Positions 36,881-48,800 of a stretch of 64,000 nucleotides of DNA are shown in pieces. How positions within the stretch are numbered: the stretch's first letter is position 1; each line of letters begins with the position of its first letter. Source of the DNA: Desulfatiglandales bacterium (GTDB lineage Bacteria; Desulfobacterota; DSM-4660; Desulfatiglandales; Desulfatiglandaceae); contig OY762721.1 of the NCBI GenBank assembly GCA_963666345.1, positions 512,001 to 576,000 of the forward strand, in the 5' to 3' direction. A program made the translations under genes and the position numbers. The notes under the pieces are model-generated. The model did not search any database. It saw nothing but the letters and a program-made list of their open reading frames with translations, and had not been told where the DNA came from.

Positions 36881-39055
36881 ATGCCTGATACAAAAAGCGA
36901 CCTCAATGAACCGGTTGAGACCTGGACCCACGGTGAGGAGACGGAAACGCATGATGACCCTCTTCTTGACTGCCTTATACGATTTACGAGGCTGCACGAC
37001 CGGCCCGCCTCGAAAACGGCCCTGACTACAGGCCTGCCCCTTGTCAAAAACCGCCTCACGGTGGAATTGTTCGCAAGGGCCGCCGAACGGGCTGATCTGA
37101 CCTCTCGCGTCATAAAAAAGCCTCTCAAAAAGATCTCCAACCTGCAGCTTCCGGCCGTCCTGCTTCTGCATGATAAACAGGCATGCATACTTGCGGAAAG
37201 AAATGCCGATACGTTCAAACTGCTTTTGCCTGAAACCGGTATGGGAGAAAAAGACATACCCAGGAAAGAGCTTGAAAAACTTTACTCGGGTTATACCATA
37301 TTTATCCGCCCGAAATTCAGGCTCGACAGAAAATCTCTTGAGGACCTGGGCTATCTTTCCACAAAAAGCTGGTTCTGGGGGACCATTTTCAAGTCATGGC
37401 GGATCTACCGGGATGTCTTTGTCGCCTCTTTTCTCATAAACCTGTTCGGCCTTGCCAGCCCCTTTTTCGTTCTCAACGTATACGACAGGGTCATTCCGAA
37501 CAATGCCTTTGAAACCCTCTGGGTGCTCGCGATAGGTATCGCGGTCATATATCTGTTCGCCCTGATCATGCGAGCCCTGCGCGGGTACTTTGTTGATGAG
37601 GCGGGTAAAAAGGCCAACCTCAGGATATCATCCCTGCTTCTTCACAAGGTCCTTGGCCTGCGCATGGAGGTGCGGCCCAAGTCGATCGGCTCCTTTTCCA
37701 AAAACATGCAGGAATTCGAGAGCATCAGGGATTTCATAACATCCTTTTCCATCACCGCCTTGATAGACCTCCCCTTTGTGGGACTGGGTCTTCTGGTTAT
37801 CTGGTATATCGGAAAGGACATAGTCTTCGTTCACATCGCCGCCATACTGCTTCTGCTTCTCTACGCGGTCATAATCCAGGGGCCGCTCCAGAAGGCGGTA
37901 AGAAACACCTTCCAGGCATCGGCGCAGAAAAACGCCCTCCTGGTTGAAGGGCTGACCGGGCTTGAAACGATCAAGATGCTGGGGGCGGAAAGTCAGGTCC
38001 AGAGGGCCTGGGAGGAGGCGGTCGCCTATATCGCGAAATGGAGCGCAAAATCGAGGCTTCTCTCCTCGTCCGTGAACCATTTTTCCTTTTTCGTTCAGAG
38101 CATAGTGGTGGTGTTTGTGGTCATCGGGGGCGTGTACATGATCTCGGAAGGCCTTCTCACCCAGGGGGGCCTGATCGCGCTTGTGATCCTTTCCAGGCAG
38201 GCGGTGGCGCCCATGGCGCAGGTGGTCAATCTTGCCACCCGCTTTCATCGTGCCAAGGCGGCTCTTAAATCGCTCAACAGCATTATGGATCTTCCCGTGG
38301 AAAGGCCTGCGGGAAAGACTTTTCTTCACAGGGCCAGGTTCGAGGGGGCGATAGGGGTAAAGAACCTCATATTTGCCTACCCGGGCCAGACCATGAACGT
38401 CATAAACGATGTCACCCTCAATATCGGAGCAGGCGAGAAGGTGGGCATAATAGGGCCTGTGGGCTCCGGAAAAACCACATTCGGAAAGCTGGTCCTGGGT
38501 CTTTTTGAGGCCAACAGCGGCATGGTCAGCATGGACGGCACCGATATCAGGCAGATCGATCCGGCGGAACTCCGTCGTTTCATAGGGTATGTGCCGCAGG
38601 ATATAACCCTTTTCAGAGGCACGGTAAGGGACAACATCACCATCGGCACCCACGACGTGGATGACAGGCTCATCATGAACGCGGCAAAAAACGCGGGCGT
38701 GGACATATTTGTCAAGAAACACCCGATGGGTTTCGACATGGAGGTGGAGGAATCGGGCAGGGGGCTCTCAGGGGGCCAGAGGCAATGCATAGTGCTTGCC
38801 AGATCCCTCATTCTCGACCCGCCCGTGCTGGTACTTGACGAACCCACCAGCAACATGGATAACAGGACTGAAGCATTGTTGAAACACAACCTTTCAAAGA
38901 TCATACAAGACAAGACACTGCTTTTGATCACCCACAGGGCCTCGCTCCTTGAGATGGTGGATCGCCTCATCGTCATCGACAGCGGCTCTGTCGTGGCCGA
39001 CGGGCCAAAGGGCGCTGTCCTAGAGGCACTCAAAAGCGGTCAGCTCAATCTATAA
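36881..39055 (+). CDS. lapB: T1SS ABC permease/ATPase (LapB/LssB family)
   Basis: DDPLLDCL C39-like domain, NVYDRVIPN, GPVGSGKTT, LSGGQRQ, LDEPTS. Confidence 0.93.
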   Translation: MPDTKSDLNEPVETWTHGEETETHDDPLLDCLIRFTRLHDRPASKTALTTGLPLVKNRLTVELFARAAERADLTSRVIKKPLKKISNLQLPAVLLLHDKQACILAERNADTFKLLLPETGMGEKDIPRKELEKLYSGYTIFIRPKFRLDRKSLEDLGYLSTKSWFWGTIFKSWRIYRDVFVASFLINLFGLASPFFVLNVYDRVIPNNAFETLWVLAIGIAVIYLFALIMRALRGYFVDEAGKKANLRISSLLLHKVLGLRMEVRPKSIGSFSKNMQEFESIRDFITSFSITALIDLPFVGLGLLVIWYIGKDIVFVHIAAILLLLLYAVIIQGPLQKAVRNTFQASAQKNALLVEGLTGLETIKMLGAESQVQRAWEEAVAYIAKWSAKSRLLSSSVNHFSFFVQSIVVVFVVIGGVYMISEGLLTQGGLIALVILSRQAVAPMAQVVNLATRFHRAKAALKSLNSIMDLPVERPAGKTFLHRARFEGAIGVKNLIFAYPGQTMNVINDVTLNIGAGEKVGIIGPVGSGKTTFGKLVLGLFEANSGMVSMDGTDIRQIDPAELRRFIGYVPQDITLFRGTVRDNITIGTHDVDDRLIMNAAKNAGVDIFVKKHPMGFDMEVEESGRGLSGGQRQCIVLARSLILDPPVLVLDEPTSNMDNRTEALLKHNLSKIIQDKTLLLITHRASLLEMVDRLIVIDSGSVVADGPKGAVLEALKSGQLNL

Positions 39056-39075
39056 ACAGACAGGAGAACAGTAAA

Positions 39076-40437
39076 TTGCCCAAAGGCGGTGAAAAACCTC
39101 AGAATCACGATCTCTTCTACCGTATGCCCGCAGGGGATGTAGATCTTGCAAAAGATATAAAGACTTCCATCCTGGCCCAGACCCCCAGGGGCGGAAGATC
39201 CATACTTTACGTCGTTATCATCCTCTTTGCCCTGTTTTTCTACTGGGCATCGGTGTCCGAGGTCGAAGAGGTCACAAGGGGGGACGGCAAGGTCATCCCT
39301 TCAGGCCAGATACAGATGGTCCAGAACCTGGAGGGAGGAATCATTTCAAAGATACTCGTTCAGGTGGGCGACCAGATAAAAAAGGGACAGCTGCTCCTGA
39401 GTATCGATGAGACTCGATTTTCATCCTCGTTTCAGCAGAACCGCGTCAAGTACCTTTCATTCAAGGCCAAGGCGGCACGGCTCAAGGCCGAGGCGAGCGG
39501 CAGGACCTTTAAGGTGCCGGAAGACGTGGTCAAGGAAAAGCCCCAGATCGCCAGGCGGGAAGAGGAACTCTACCAGTCAAGGAAAAAGGAGTTCAAATCG
39601 AGCCTGGACATACGAAGGGAACAGATAATACAGCGTAAACAGGAATTGAGGGAACTCAATACCAAGCTCACTGAGCTTACCAGGACGAACAGGCTCATAC
39701 AAAAAGAGCTGGAGCTGACCAAACCGCTTGTGGCCGAAGGCGCGGTCTCCGAGGTGGAGGTGCTCCGGCTTGAGCGCCAGGCAAGCGAAATGGCCGGACA
39801 GATTGCCACGACCAGAGATGCGATTCCGTCGGCCGAGTCAAAATACCAGGAGGCGCAGCTCGCGCTTAACGAGATAAGGCTCGGCTTTTACAACAAGGCC
39901 AAAGCGGAGCTGAACGACGTGCTGGCCCAGCTTGAGGAATTCTCCGCCACCGAAATAGCGCTCAAGGACAGGCTCAGGCGCACATCCGTGCGCTCGCCCG
40001 TAAACGGCACCATCAACCGTATCCTCGTAAACACGGTAGGGGGCGTGATCCAGCCAGGCATGGACCTGATAGAGATCGTTCCGATGGATGAAACCCTGCT
40101 TGTGGAGGCCAAGATCAAGCCCTCGGATATCGCCTTTCTGAGGCCCAAACAGAAGGCCAAGGTCAAATTCACCGCCTATGATTTCACTATCTACGGCGGC
40201 CTTGACGCGGAGCTGGAACACATAAGCGCCGACAGCATCACCGATGAACAGGGAAACAGCTATTACCTGGTAAATCTAAGGACCAAAAAAAACTACCTGG
40301 GAAAGGAAAAAGACCCTTTGCCCATCATCGCGGGTATGATAACATCCGTGGACATACTGACAGGTAAAAAGACGATCCTGTCATACCTTTTAAAACCTGT
40401 CCTGAGAGCCAAATACATGGCATTAAGGGAGCGGTAA
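39076..40437 (+). CDS. lapC: T1SS membrane fusion protein
   Basis: GKVIPS..IQ.VQNLEGG, RSPVNG, AYDFTIYGGL, GKKTILSYLLKP. Confidence 0.93.
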   Translation: MPKGGEKPQNHDLFYRMPAGDVDLAKDIKTSILAQTPRGGRSILYVVIILFALFFYWASVSEVEEVTRGDGKVIPSGQIQMVQNLEGGIISKILVQVGDQIKKGQLLLSIDETRFSSSFQQNRVKYLSFKAKAARLKAEASGRTFKVPEDVVKEKPQIARREEELYQSRKKEFKSSLDIRREQIIQRKQELRELNTKLTELTRTNRLIQKELELTKPLVAEGAVSEVEVLRLERQASEMAGQIATTRDAIPSAESKYQEAQLALNEIRLGFYNKAKAELNDVLAQLEEFSATEIALKDRLRRTSVRSPVNGTINRILVNTVGGVIQPGMDLIEIVPMDETLLVEAKIKPSDIAFLRPKQKAKVKFTAYDFTIYGGLDAELEHISADSITDEQGNSYYLVNLRTKKNYLGKEKDPLPIIAGMITSVDILTGKKTILSYLLKPVLRAKYMALRER

Positions 40438-40441
40438 TCAT

Positions 40442-41065
40442 ATGAATATCCTTTTAAGCAGTGCGAACAGATCCGTATTGAAAAGATGGAACAACCTCCT
40501 TGCCGAGGTGCACAGCCTGGAGCAGACCACATCGGTTGATGAACTCAAGGCCCGGTCAGGGGAAAACATCTACGACCTGATCCTGGTGCACCGATCAATG
40601 ATCGACAGGGAGCTTTTCTCCGGGCTTCTGGAATCATCCCCTGAAAACAGGTTTTTCCTTCTATCCGATCAGCCGGATGAGGAAGAAGGCCTGGTTTTCC
40701 TTAAGCGCGGGATCGTGGGATACGGGAACACCTATATCTCGCAGCCACGCCTCCTTGAGGCCGTAAGGACCATATCAAACGGCTCCGTGTGGGTGGGCCA
40801 GAAGGTAATCCAGGCTCTGATAGCGGAGGCCCATGCCAGGGTAAAGGATAAAGACGTGTCAGCCGTTGATAAGGAAAGGCTTGAGACCCTTACCCCCAGG
40901 GAAAATGAGATCGCCCAACTAGTCTCAAAAGGCAGGTCCAATCTCGAGATCGCGGCCGAGCTTGATATCACCGAGCGCACGGTAAAGGCGCATCTGACAT
41001 CCATCTACGAAAAGACCGGCACAGGCAGCAGGCTCAGCCTGGCACTCCTTATAAACAACGGTTAA
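40442..41065 (+). CDS. LuxR/NarL-family regulator with atypical receiver domain
   Basis: LTPRENEIA..V..G.SN.EIA..L.ITERTVKAHL HTH. The receiver lacks the canonical acidic pocket (ILLSS, LILVH). Confidence 0.9.
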   Translation: MNILLSSANRSVLKRWNNLLAEVHSLEQTTSVDELKARSGENIYDLILVHRSMIDRELFSGLLESSPENRFFLLSDQPDEEEGLVFLKRGIVGYGNTYISQPRLLEAVRTISNGSVWVGQKVIQALIAEAHARVKDKDVSAVDKERLETLTPRENEIAQLVSKGRSNLEIAAELDITERTVKAHLTSIYEKTGTGSRLSLALLINNG

Positions 41066-41105
41066 GCCCGCGCCTTCTCACAGCCAAGCATCTTGTGTGA
41101 CAAAT

Positions 41106-41147
41106 AAAAAACTGCCGTGAACATTAAAATCTTTCACGGCAGTTTTT
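41106..41147. terminator. Bidirectional terminator, ACTGCCGTGA family copy 1
   Basis: A5-ACTGCCGTGAA...TTCACGGCAGT-T4. Confidence 0.75.
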
Positions 41148-41480
41148 CTTTCAGGTAAGCAAATTTTCGAGCAGCATAATATTCACGAACATCTTTTTCG
41201 ATAATTGAACCGAGTTTGACCTTAAAGTCTATATCTTTCAAACGATCAATCTTTTCTCTGAATTTTCCTGCCTGAGCTGAATTTAGCACTGGAAGCACAA
41301 TTCCCTTTCGAAGCAGAAACTCGATGTCAAATCCGTCCCTGACTTCCCCTTGATCCATAAAAGCGGCGACTTTATTTTTCATAGCCTGCTCCAGGGTAAG
41401 CGCCTTTAAGATGACCTGTTTGTTGGAAAATCTGGAAAACGCAATTTTTTCCTGAAAATCGATATTTGGTATTTCCCTTT
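41134..41480 (-). pseudogene. C-terminal fragment of an AbiEii-like nucleotidyltransferase toxin
   Basis: KREIPNIDFQEKIAFS...LTLEQAMKNKVAAF...RDGFDIEFLL. The frame runs directly into the 60-bp repeat at 41481 with no N-terminal half. Confidence 0.55.
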
Positions 41481-41609
41481 TCGGCAGGGCAAAAATCTTT
41501 TCATCCGTTTTGATCCTGTTTTGTCAAGCGCAGCGGGCGGTCAATAAGAAACGCATAAAATCATGGGCGTCCCCCTCTGTACCCTATGCTCGTATTTGCA
41601 GAATTTCTC

Positions 41610-41900
41610 CTAAAGCCTATGTCTCCAGTACCATGGCTCTCGGCTGCAATGCATAACGGCCAATATTAAAATATAATTATTTTCAATGGTATATAGGACA
41701 GCATATGGGAAACGTCTAGTCAGGCAACGGCGAATGTCCTCGTCAATTTCACGATATAATTCCGGGTTCTCAACTATTTTTTCGATCGCGTTTTCTATCT
41801 CAGTTAAAAACGCCGATGCCAATGATGGGCTTTTATCAGAATAATAAATCGCAGCTTCGTTGAATTCACCGCGTGCTTCCGGATGGAATGAAAATTTCAT
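41610..41900 (-). CDS. RelE/ParE family toxin
   Basis: FHPEARGEFNEAAIYY...P...RRFPYAVLY...ILAVMH.SREP.YW. Confidence 0.9.
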   Translation of the reverse strand: MKFSFHPEARGEFNEAAIYYSDKSPSLASAFLTEIENAIEKIVENPELYREIDEDIRRCLTRRFPYAVLYTIENNYILILAVMHCSREPWYWRHRL

Positions 41901-42124
41901 TTGTCTTCAATAAGCTTTCGAACGCCTTCCATTACCTCAACACCAGGTATCGGCCTGACTCGACCACTTCGCACCTCATCACGGCGTTTTTTTGCTTCGG
42001 CCAGCCAGATTTCACGAACCGATTCCTGATCAAGACTCTCAACAAGTCTTTCAGCCAGCAGAGCCCTTGATTCGCCGGACAAGGCCATGGCCTTGATTGT
42101 CAATTCATCCAAAGATATAGCCAT
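41897..42124 (-). CDS. Addiction-module antitoxin (TIGR02574-like)
   Basis: AMALSGESRALLAERLVESLD...W.AEAKKR...G.V..IPG.EV; 4-bp overlap with the toxin. Confidence 0.88.
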   Translation of the reverse strand: MAISLDELTIKAMALSGESRALLAERLVESLDQESVREIWLAEAKKRRDEVRSGRVRPIPGVEVMEGVRKLIEDK

Positions 42125-42736
42125 TATACATCACCTCCAAAAATTATATTCTCATACTATATCATAACCACCTGTTAATTCAAGTATTAACCAAAATTTC
42201 GCTGAAACAAAAGTCTCCGCTAGTCATAAAAAGCGTGAATTCAGCTTTGAATTAGATAACCCAAGGTGAATGTCTATCAATCATAGGATTCTTTTGTAAA
42301 TCTTTTCATCCGTTTTGATCCTGTTTTGTCAAGCGCAGCGGGCGGCTAAAAAAAGGGGCCGAGGGGTCCAGGGCCCAAGTGCAATGCGGTTGGAGAAACA
42401 GCATGTTTTTTCCTCCGTGCTCTCTGTGGTCCCTGTGATAAACAAAAGGCTTTTAAATTCTACCCATGCGTTGAAAAAAGAAAAACAGCCTACCTTTTGC
42501 GAAGCAAATGGGGCTTTTGCTCTGCCAAGATCGGCAGGGCAAAAATTCTTCATCCGTTTTGATCCTGTTTTGTCAAGCGCAGCGGGCGGTTAAAGGGAAG
42601 GGTTCGAAGGGGCCGAGGGGTCAAGTGATCCGCCACAGAACAGGCGGATAAAAATGGGGTTGGAGAAACAGCATAAAAGTCATTTACAAATGATATCAAG
42701 GTCTTATTGGAACATCCGTTCATCTGACATCCCGCA

Positions 42737-42782
42737 CAAAAAGACTGCCGTGAAGGTGTTTTACCATCACGGCAGTCTTTGT
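42737..42782 (-). terminator. Terminator of adhesin A, ACTGCCGTGA family copy 2
   Basis: AAAGACTGCCGTGA...TCACGGCAGTCTTT. Confidence 0.8.
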
Positions 42783-42820
42783 TTTTAATGGGTTATGTTA
42801 TTGGTTGCCGTTCATTCCGG

Positions 42821-45800
42821 TTAATCGTCTATGTCGATATCGTCCAACAGAGAGTTGAGTTCATCACCGACTGTTAAATCACCGTAATCGATGTTGTCGA
42901 AAGTCACACTGCCAAGTTCGGTAGTCTCAGCCGCATCTCCGTAAAGCACCAGCTCGGCATCCCCGCCGTCATCTCTCACACCATAATGATCGATACCGGC
43001 AATATTCGTGAAATCTATCAGATCATCCTCTGACTGGTCATAGTCAATGATAGTGTCATGACCCTCGCCCGCCCTGAATATGTCGGTTCCGTCACCTCCC
43101 GTCATGGTGTCGTCGCCCGCGCCTCCGTCAAGTATGTCGTTACCGGCGCCGCCGTCAAGCGTGTCGTTACCCGCGCCTCCCGACAGGTAGTCGCTTCCGC
43201 CGTTTCCGTTCAGGGTGTCATTGCCTGCTTCGCCTTCAAGGATGTCGGTGCCGTCACTGCCGCTCAAAGTGTCGTCACCCGCGCCGCCTGCCAGGTGGTC
43301 GTTTCCTGCATCCCCCACAGCCGTGTCATTGCCCGCGCCGCCCTGGAACACATCATCGCCGGTTGTGGCCGCATACGGATGATCGGTGATACCTACGGTC
43401 AGGTCGGCTGTGTCCTCGCTTCCGTCCGCGTCCTGAACCGTGTAGGTGAAGGTGTCACTCGTTCCCGGCGGGATATCGGATGCGACTGGCGTGTACACGT
43501 AATCGCCCGCGTCGTGCCCGTCATAAGCCACGGTATAGACCTGGAGCGAACCATTTGCCGTAGTCACGGTTATCACGCCGTTTCCATCCGGGATCTCCCC
43601 GTCCACCTCAGTTACAAGCATCCCTCCGTCATTGCCGGCATCGTCATTATCCAGGACGTTTCCTGAAGCTGCCACAGCATCTGTCCAGTCGAAATCAGGG
43701 GCCGTGACCGTGATAACCGTCTCGCTCGTCTCCAGATCGTAGGCTGTGTAGCTCAGGTTTTTCATATCCACCTTGAGGTTACCCGACCAGAAAGTGTTGT
43801 CATCAGCGCTGAGCCTTACGTAGTATGTGCCGTTCTCATCAATGCCGGTAAAGATCTTTATCCCGTCAGAAGTCACCGACTGTGAGGCTCCTACCTGGAC
43901 ACCGTCCTTGTAAAGCGCCACCGAAACCGTGTCATCGGGATTATATTTTTTCACATCGATATAGACTGACACACTTGCTTGATGGCTCGCATCCGCCTCT
44001 AAAGAAAAGTGGCTTGTGTCAACGGTGACTACGTTCGAACTCCATCCAGAGGGATCAACACTCCATGTTCCGGAAACAGCGGTCGTTGTTGGTCCCGTCC
44101 ACACAGGAGGCTCGGTCACAGTACCGTCATATGTCACATCGCTTCCGGGACTCCAGAAACCTTCCTCTGCAGTGCCGGAATCGCCAAGCGCCGTGGGAAC
44201 CCCGTCCTTGATGGTGATGGTGAGATCCGCCGAGGCCGTGTCCCCGTCCCCGTCCCTTATGGTGTAGGTGAATACCTCGGGCGTGTCCTCTGTCACGTTT
44301 GCAGGTGAGGAGTAGCTGTAGTCGCCGGTTTCAAAGTTGACCGAAAGGGTACCACCTTCATGAGTCGTAATGGTCAGGGTATCGGTGCCGCTGTCGTATT
44401 CCGGGGAACTGGTATCATACACTTCATCCGGATCTATGGTCCCGTTTCCGTCCGTGTCGTGCGCGATGGAAACGACCTCCAGGGTGCCCTCGCCGTCCGC
44501 GCCGAAATCAACCCCGTCCAGAAGGCTCCCGGTCGCGGGAGTTATCACGGAACCCGCCAGCACATCCGCCAGATCGGCAAGGTCATCCACGATCACGGCG
44601 GGGATTTCTTCCGGTGTAATACCGTCGTATGCAATCGGATCAAGGGTGGCAGTCGATGTTATATCGTCTCCCATACCGAGTGCGAACGAGATGATATGGT
44701 TATCTTCCAGAAAACCTTCCCACACGCCCTCATCGGTCGACCCTATTTCATAACCATCGTTCGGATCACCGTCTGAGAGAAAGTACGAGACGTTCTGTGC
44801 ATCCGTGATTGCGCCCGAATCATTAAAGGCATCCATTGCTTCCTCAATGGCCGCTTCATAGTTTGTGCCTCCATTTCCGGCATAATCGTTAAGGCCTGTA
44901 ATATAGTTCTGCGCATCCGTTGCCGTCATCCAGGTGGAGCCGTAAGCACTCGCGCTCGAGCTGAAGGTCACAATTCGCACCATGACGTCTCCCCTGTCAT
45001 CGTACTCGCTTATAAGATTGTCGATCGCCTCCTTTGCAACGGCAAGCCGCGTTGCATACCCGCTGACTCCGGACCCCCAATCCATACTTCCAGACATATC
45101 CAGGATGATCATCAGGTTGGTGCTGGGAGCCGTGGCCTCATCCACATCAGTGCTGATATCGGATGCTAACGGCGCATCGTCATCGACAGTCACGGTAAAG
45201 CTGCCTTGAGCCGTGTCACCATCGCCGTCCGTTGCCGTGAAGCTGAAATCAAGCTCCAGGTCGTCTTCTGCATCAACGGTCCCGTGCATGAGTGCAAGGC
45301 TCTGGCTGTAGGTGTAGGTTCCGTCACCGTTCACCGTAATCGCGAATACCTCGGTTGATGTTCCGTCTATGTAGGCCTTGTTATCAACGCTGCTCCATAC
45401 CACGTCCTGGCCGTCTGCTGTCTGCACCCCCGCGGTATCGAGCTCGATAACCAGGGGGTCAACAGCGGCAGGACCGTCACTGCCATAGTCTATGTCAAGG
45501 GTACCGGTGGAATTAACATCTCCATCGGGCATATCGGCAAGATCACCGACATGGCCGGTATAACTATCACCCGGATTACCTTCCGAAAGTGCCTCTTCGT
45601 CATATGAAGCGTCGGTTACAGTGAGGATCTCAGGCGCATCATCGGTCCCGTTTATCGTAATAGTCAAGGTCGCCATGCTCGTGTCGCCGTCGGCGTCCCG
45701 CATGGAGTATGTGAAGATATCGGTAAGCGTCTCACCCTCGTCCAGTGATTGGACATCTCCATTATCATTATCCAGTTCATACTCGTAGCTGCCGTCGGCA

Positions 45801-48800
45801 TTCAAAGTCACCGTCCCGTAGTCGCCTGCCAGGGAACTACCCGGGTTAACAGGTGTGCTGGAATCTCCTATCTCTCCGGTACGCACCCATGTCACGGCCG
45901 GGCCTCCGTCCGCGCCGGCGTCATCCGCCACTCCGTCCGTCGTGTTTGCGTCGCCGCCGGGCACATCTACGCCTGTAAGCACATTGCCCGTGGCAACCGT
46001 GCTGCCATCCTCTGTAACCGAGTCTGAATCATCCTCTGCCGTCGGGGCATCATCACCGAAACGCAGCAGTGTGCCGATGTCGATGGTGTCGGCAGCCGTA
46101 TCACCGTCACCATCAGTCGCCGTGGCGGTCAACGTAACGCTGCCTGCATCGGCCAGAGTAATTATTTCGTTCGGATCAGAGGTCGAGTGCATAACCGCCC
46201 GTGCCTGATCCAGGGTCACATTACCGGTGCCGTCAACACTCACGGTAAAAACGATATCGCCGCTCTCGGCATTTAAGGCATCCGTGCCCTCACGACCTAC
46301 TACTTCGCCACTTTCAACAAACAGAAAGACATCGTTGCCGCTTTTCGAGTCAACCAGGCCGGAGTCAACACCGGCCGTAGCCACGCCCAAAGTGTAGGCC
46401 ACAGACTCCAGCCCGTCGGCCCCACCCTCAATGTCAAAGTATGTGCTGAAGTCCTTGGTGTCGTCGGTGCCAAAATCGCTTTCATCGACTTTCACCCCTG
46501 CATTCCAGGTAACATTGATGTTCACGTCCTCGTAATCGGAATCCGTGTCCCAGAAAAGATCTTCCCAGTTCTGGTTACCCGCCCATTCATTGTCCTGAAC
46601 ATGGGAATAGCCGTCCACGTTAAGCGCCGCGTTATCAAAAAAGATATTTGCACCCTCGCCGGTCAGCGCTGTGCCGTCTTGCAAGGCCTGCCACACGCCA
46701 CCTACCTGCTGGAAGGTAATGTCATCGCCATCTGCAAGATCGGGGTTTTGCCCTGCACCGTCAGGGATAATGAAAAAGCCCACCTGCTCCGGTGCATAGC
46801 CTTCCACTGTTACCGGTCCGCCTGCGGCCTTGACATTCGCCCAGATGATTTCGCCTGTGGTCGGATCGCCATTTCCATCTTTGATGTAGTACCCATAACT
46901 GTTGTCATAGCCAGCAACCCCAACATTCTGATACTCGGCGGTAAAGCTGTATGTTTCAGCACCCGCCTGCGCGGTAATGCTCGGTACATCATCCACTATG
47001 TCGATATAAATCGTCGCAGTGTCAGTGTTTCCGTTTGCATCCGTCACCTTGTAGGTAAAGGATTCAGCATTATCCTCTGTGTTCGTCCCGTTATCAGATG
47101 CCGGATCAGTGTCAAACGGCTTGGTCAACGTGTATATATAACTGCCGTCAGAGTCGATCTCGATCTCACCGTAACTGCCCGTAGCACTCCCAACCAGCTC
47201 ATAGGTAAGCGTCCCAAAACCTCCACTTACATTGCCCGTCAGGCTGTTGCTCGCATCCGTCTCTCCAATGCTCCCGGGTAAACTACCAGTTACCGTACCA
47301 GCTGCAAGATCAGCACCGTCCTCATTAAGATCAAGGGCTTCCTCGTAAACCGTAACTTCATCATCGTTTGTCGCAACAAGACCACTGTCTGTTAAGTCAA
47401 TCGTCAACGTCGTGGTCGAAAGATCTCCATCTCCATCCTCTATCGTGTACACAAACACATCGCTTACATCACTTGTGATTCCGTCCGATGTGGATTTGTA
47501 CGTGTACCCACCATCTGCATCAAGCGTAAGATTACCGTACAGTCCCGCTATCTCAGTGCCTACATTTCCACTGGCATCCGTCGTCGTGTCTCCTCCAGCT
47601 GCCCTTACTCCTACTACTCCTCCTCCTGACTCGTAGCCGTCCGCTCCAGCCTCGTCATTAGAAAGTACTCCATTTGCCGCCGCTACCGTAAGAGTAGCTC
47701 CTTCGTCTACATCTCCTGTGTCAAACGTCGCCGTAGGTACATCATCCACTATGTCGATATAAATCGTCGCAGTGTCAGTGTTTCCGTTTGCATCCGTCAC
47801 CTTGTAGGTAAAGGATTCAGCATTATCCTCTGTGTTCGTCCCGTTATCAGATGCCGGATCAGTGTCAAACGGCTTGGTCAACGTGTATATATAACTGCCG
47901 TCAGAGTCGATCTCGATCTCACCGTAACTGCCCGTAGCACTCCCAACCAGCTCATAGGTAAGCGTCCCAAAACCTCCACTTACATTGCCCGTCAGGCTGT
48001 TGCTCGCATCCGTCTCTCCAATGCTCCCGGGTAAACTACCAGTTACCGTACCAGCTGCAAGATCAGCACCGTCCTCATTAAGATCAAGGGCTTCCTCGTA
48101 AACCGTAACTTCATCATCGTTTGTCGCAACAAGACCACTGTCTGTTAAGTCAATCGTCAACGTCGTGGTCGAAAGATCTCCATCTCCATCCTCTATCGTG
48201 TACACAAACACATCGCTTACATCACTTGTGATTCCGTCCGATGTGGATTTGTACGTGTACCCACCATCTGCATCAAGCGTAAGATTACCGTACAGTCCCG
48301 CTATCTCAGTGCCTACATTTCCACTGGCATCCGTCGTCGTGTCTCCTCCAGCTGCCCTTACTCCTACTACTCCTCCTCCTGACTCGTAGCCGTCCGCTCC
48401 AGCCTCGTCATTAGAAAGTACTCCATTTGCCGCCGCTACCGTAAGAGTAGCTCCTTCGTCTACATCTCCTGTGTCAAACGTCGCCGTAGGTACATCATCC
48501 ACTATGTCGATATAAATCGTCGCAGTGTCAGTGTTTCCGTTTGCATCCGTCACCTTGTAGGTAAAGGATTCAGCATTATCCTCTGTGTTCGTCCCGTTAT
48601 CAGATGCCGGATCAGTGTCAAACGGCTTGGTCAACGTGTATATATAACTGCCGTCAGAGTCGATCTCGATCTCACCGTAACTGCCCGTAGCACTCCCAAC
48701 CAGCTCATAGGTAAGCGTCCCAAAACCTCCACTTACATTGCCCGTCAGGCTGTTGCTCGCATCCGTCTCTCCAATGCTCCCGGGTAAACTACCAGTTACC

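Larger units (their letters stand above)
41481..42589. repeat. Three dispersed direct copies of a 48-60 bp repeat (41481-41540, 42298-42345, 42531-42589)
   Basis: Core TTCATCCGTTTTGATCCTGTTTTGTCAAGCGCAGCGGGCGG is identical in all three; copies 1 and 3 also share the TCGGCAGGGCAAAAAT prefix. Confidence 0.9.

Noticed and set aside
34718..38722. Long antisense ORFs (390 aa and 364 aa)
   Set aside because: Shadows of lapD and lapB caused by codon bias.
41481..42589. Integron attC sites or CRISPR repeats
   Set aside because: No RYYYAAC/GTTRRRY-bounded palindrome, irregular spacing (about 805 and 245 bp), and no intI or cas genes.
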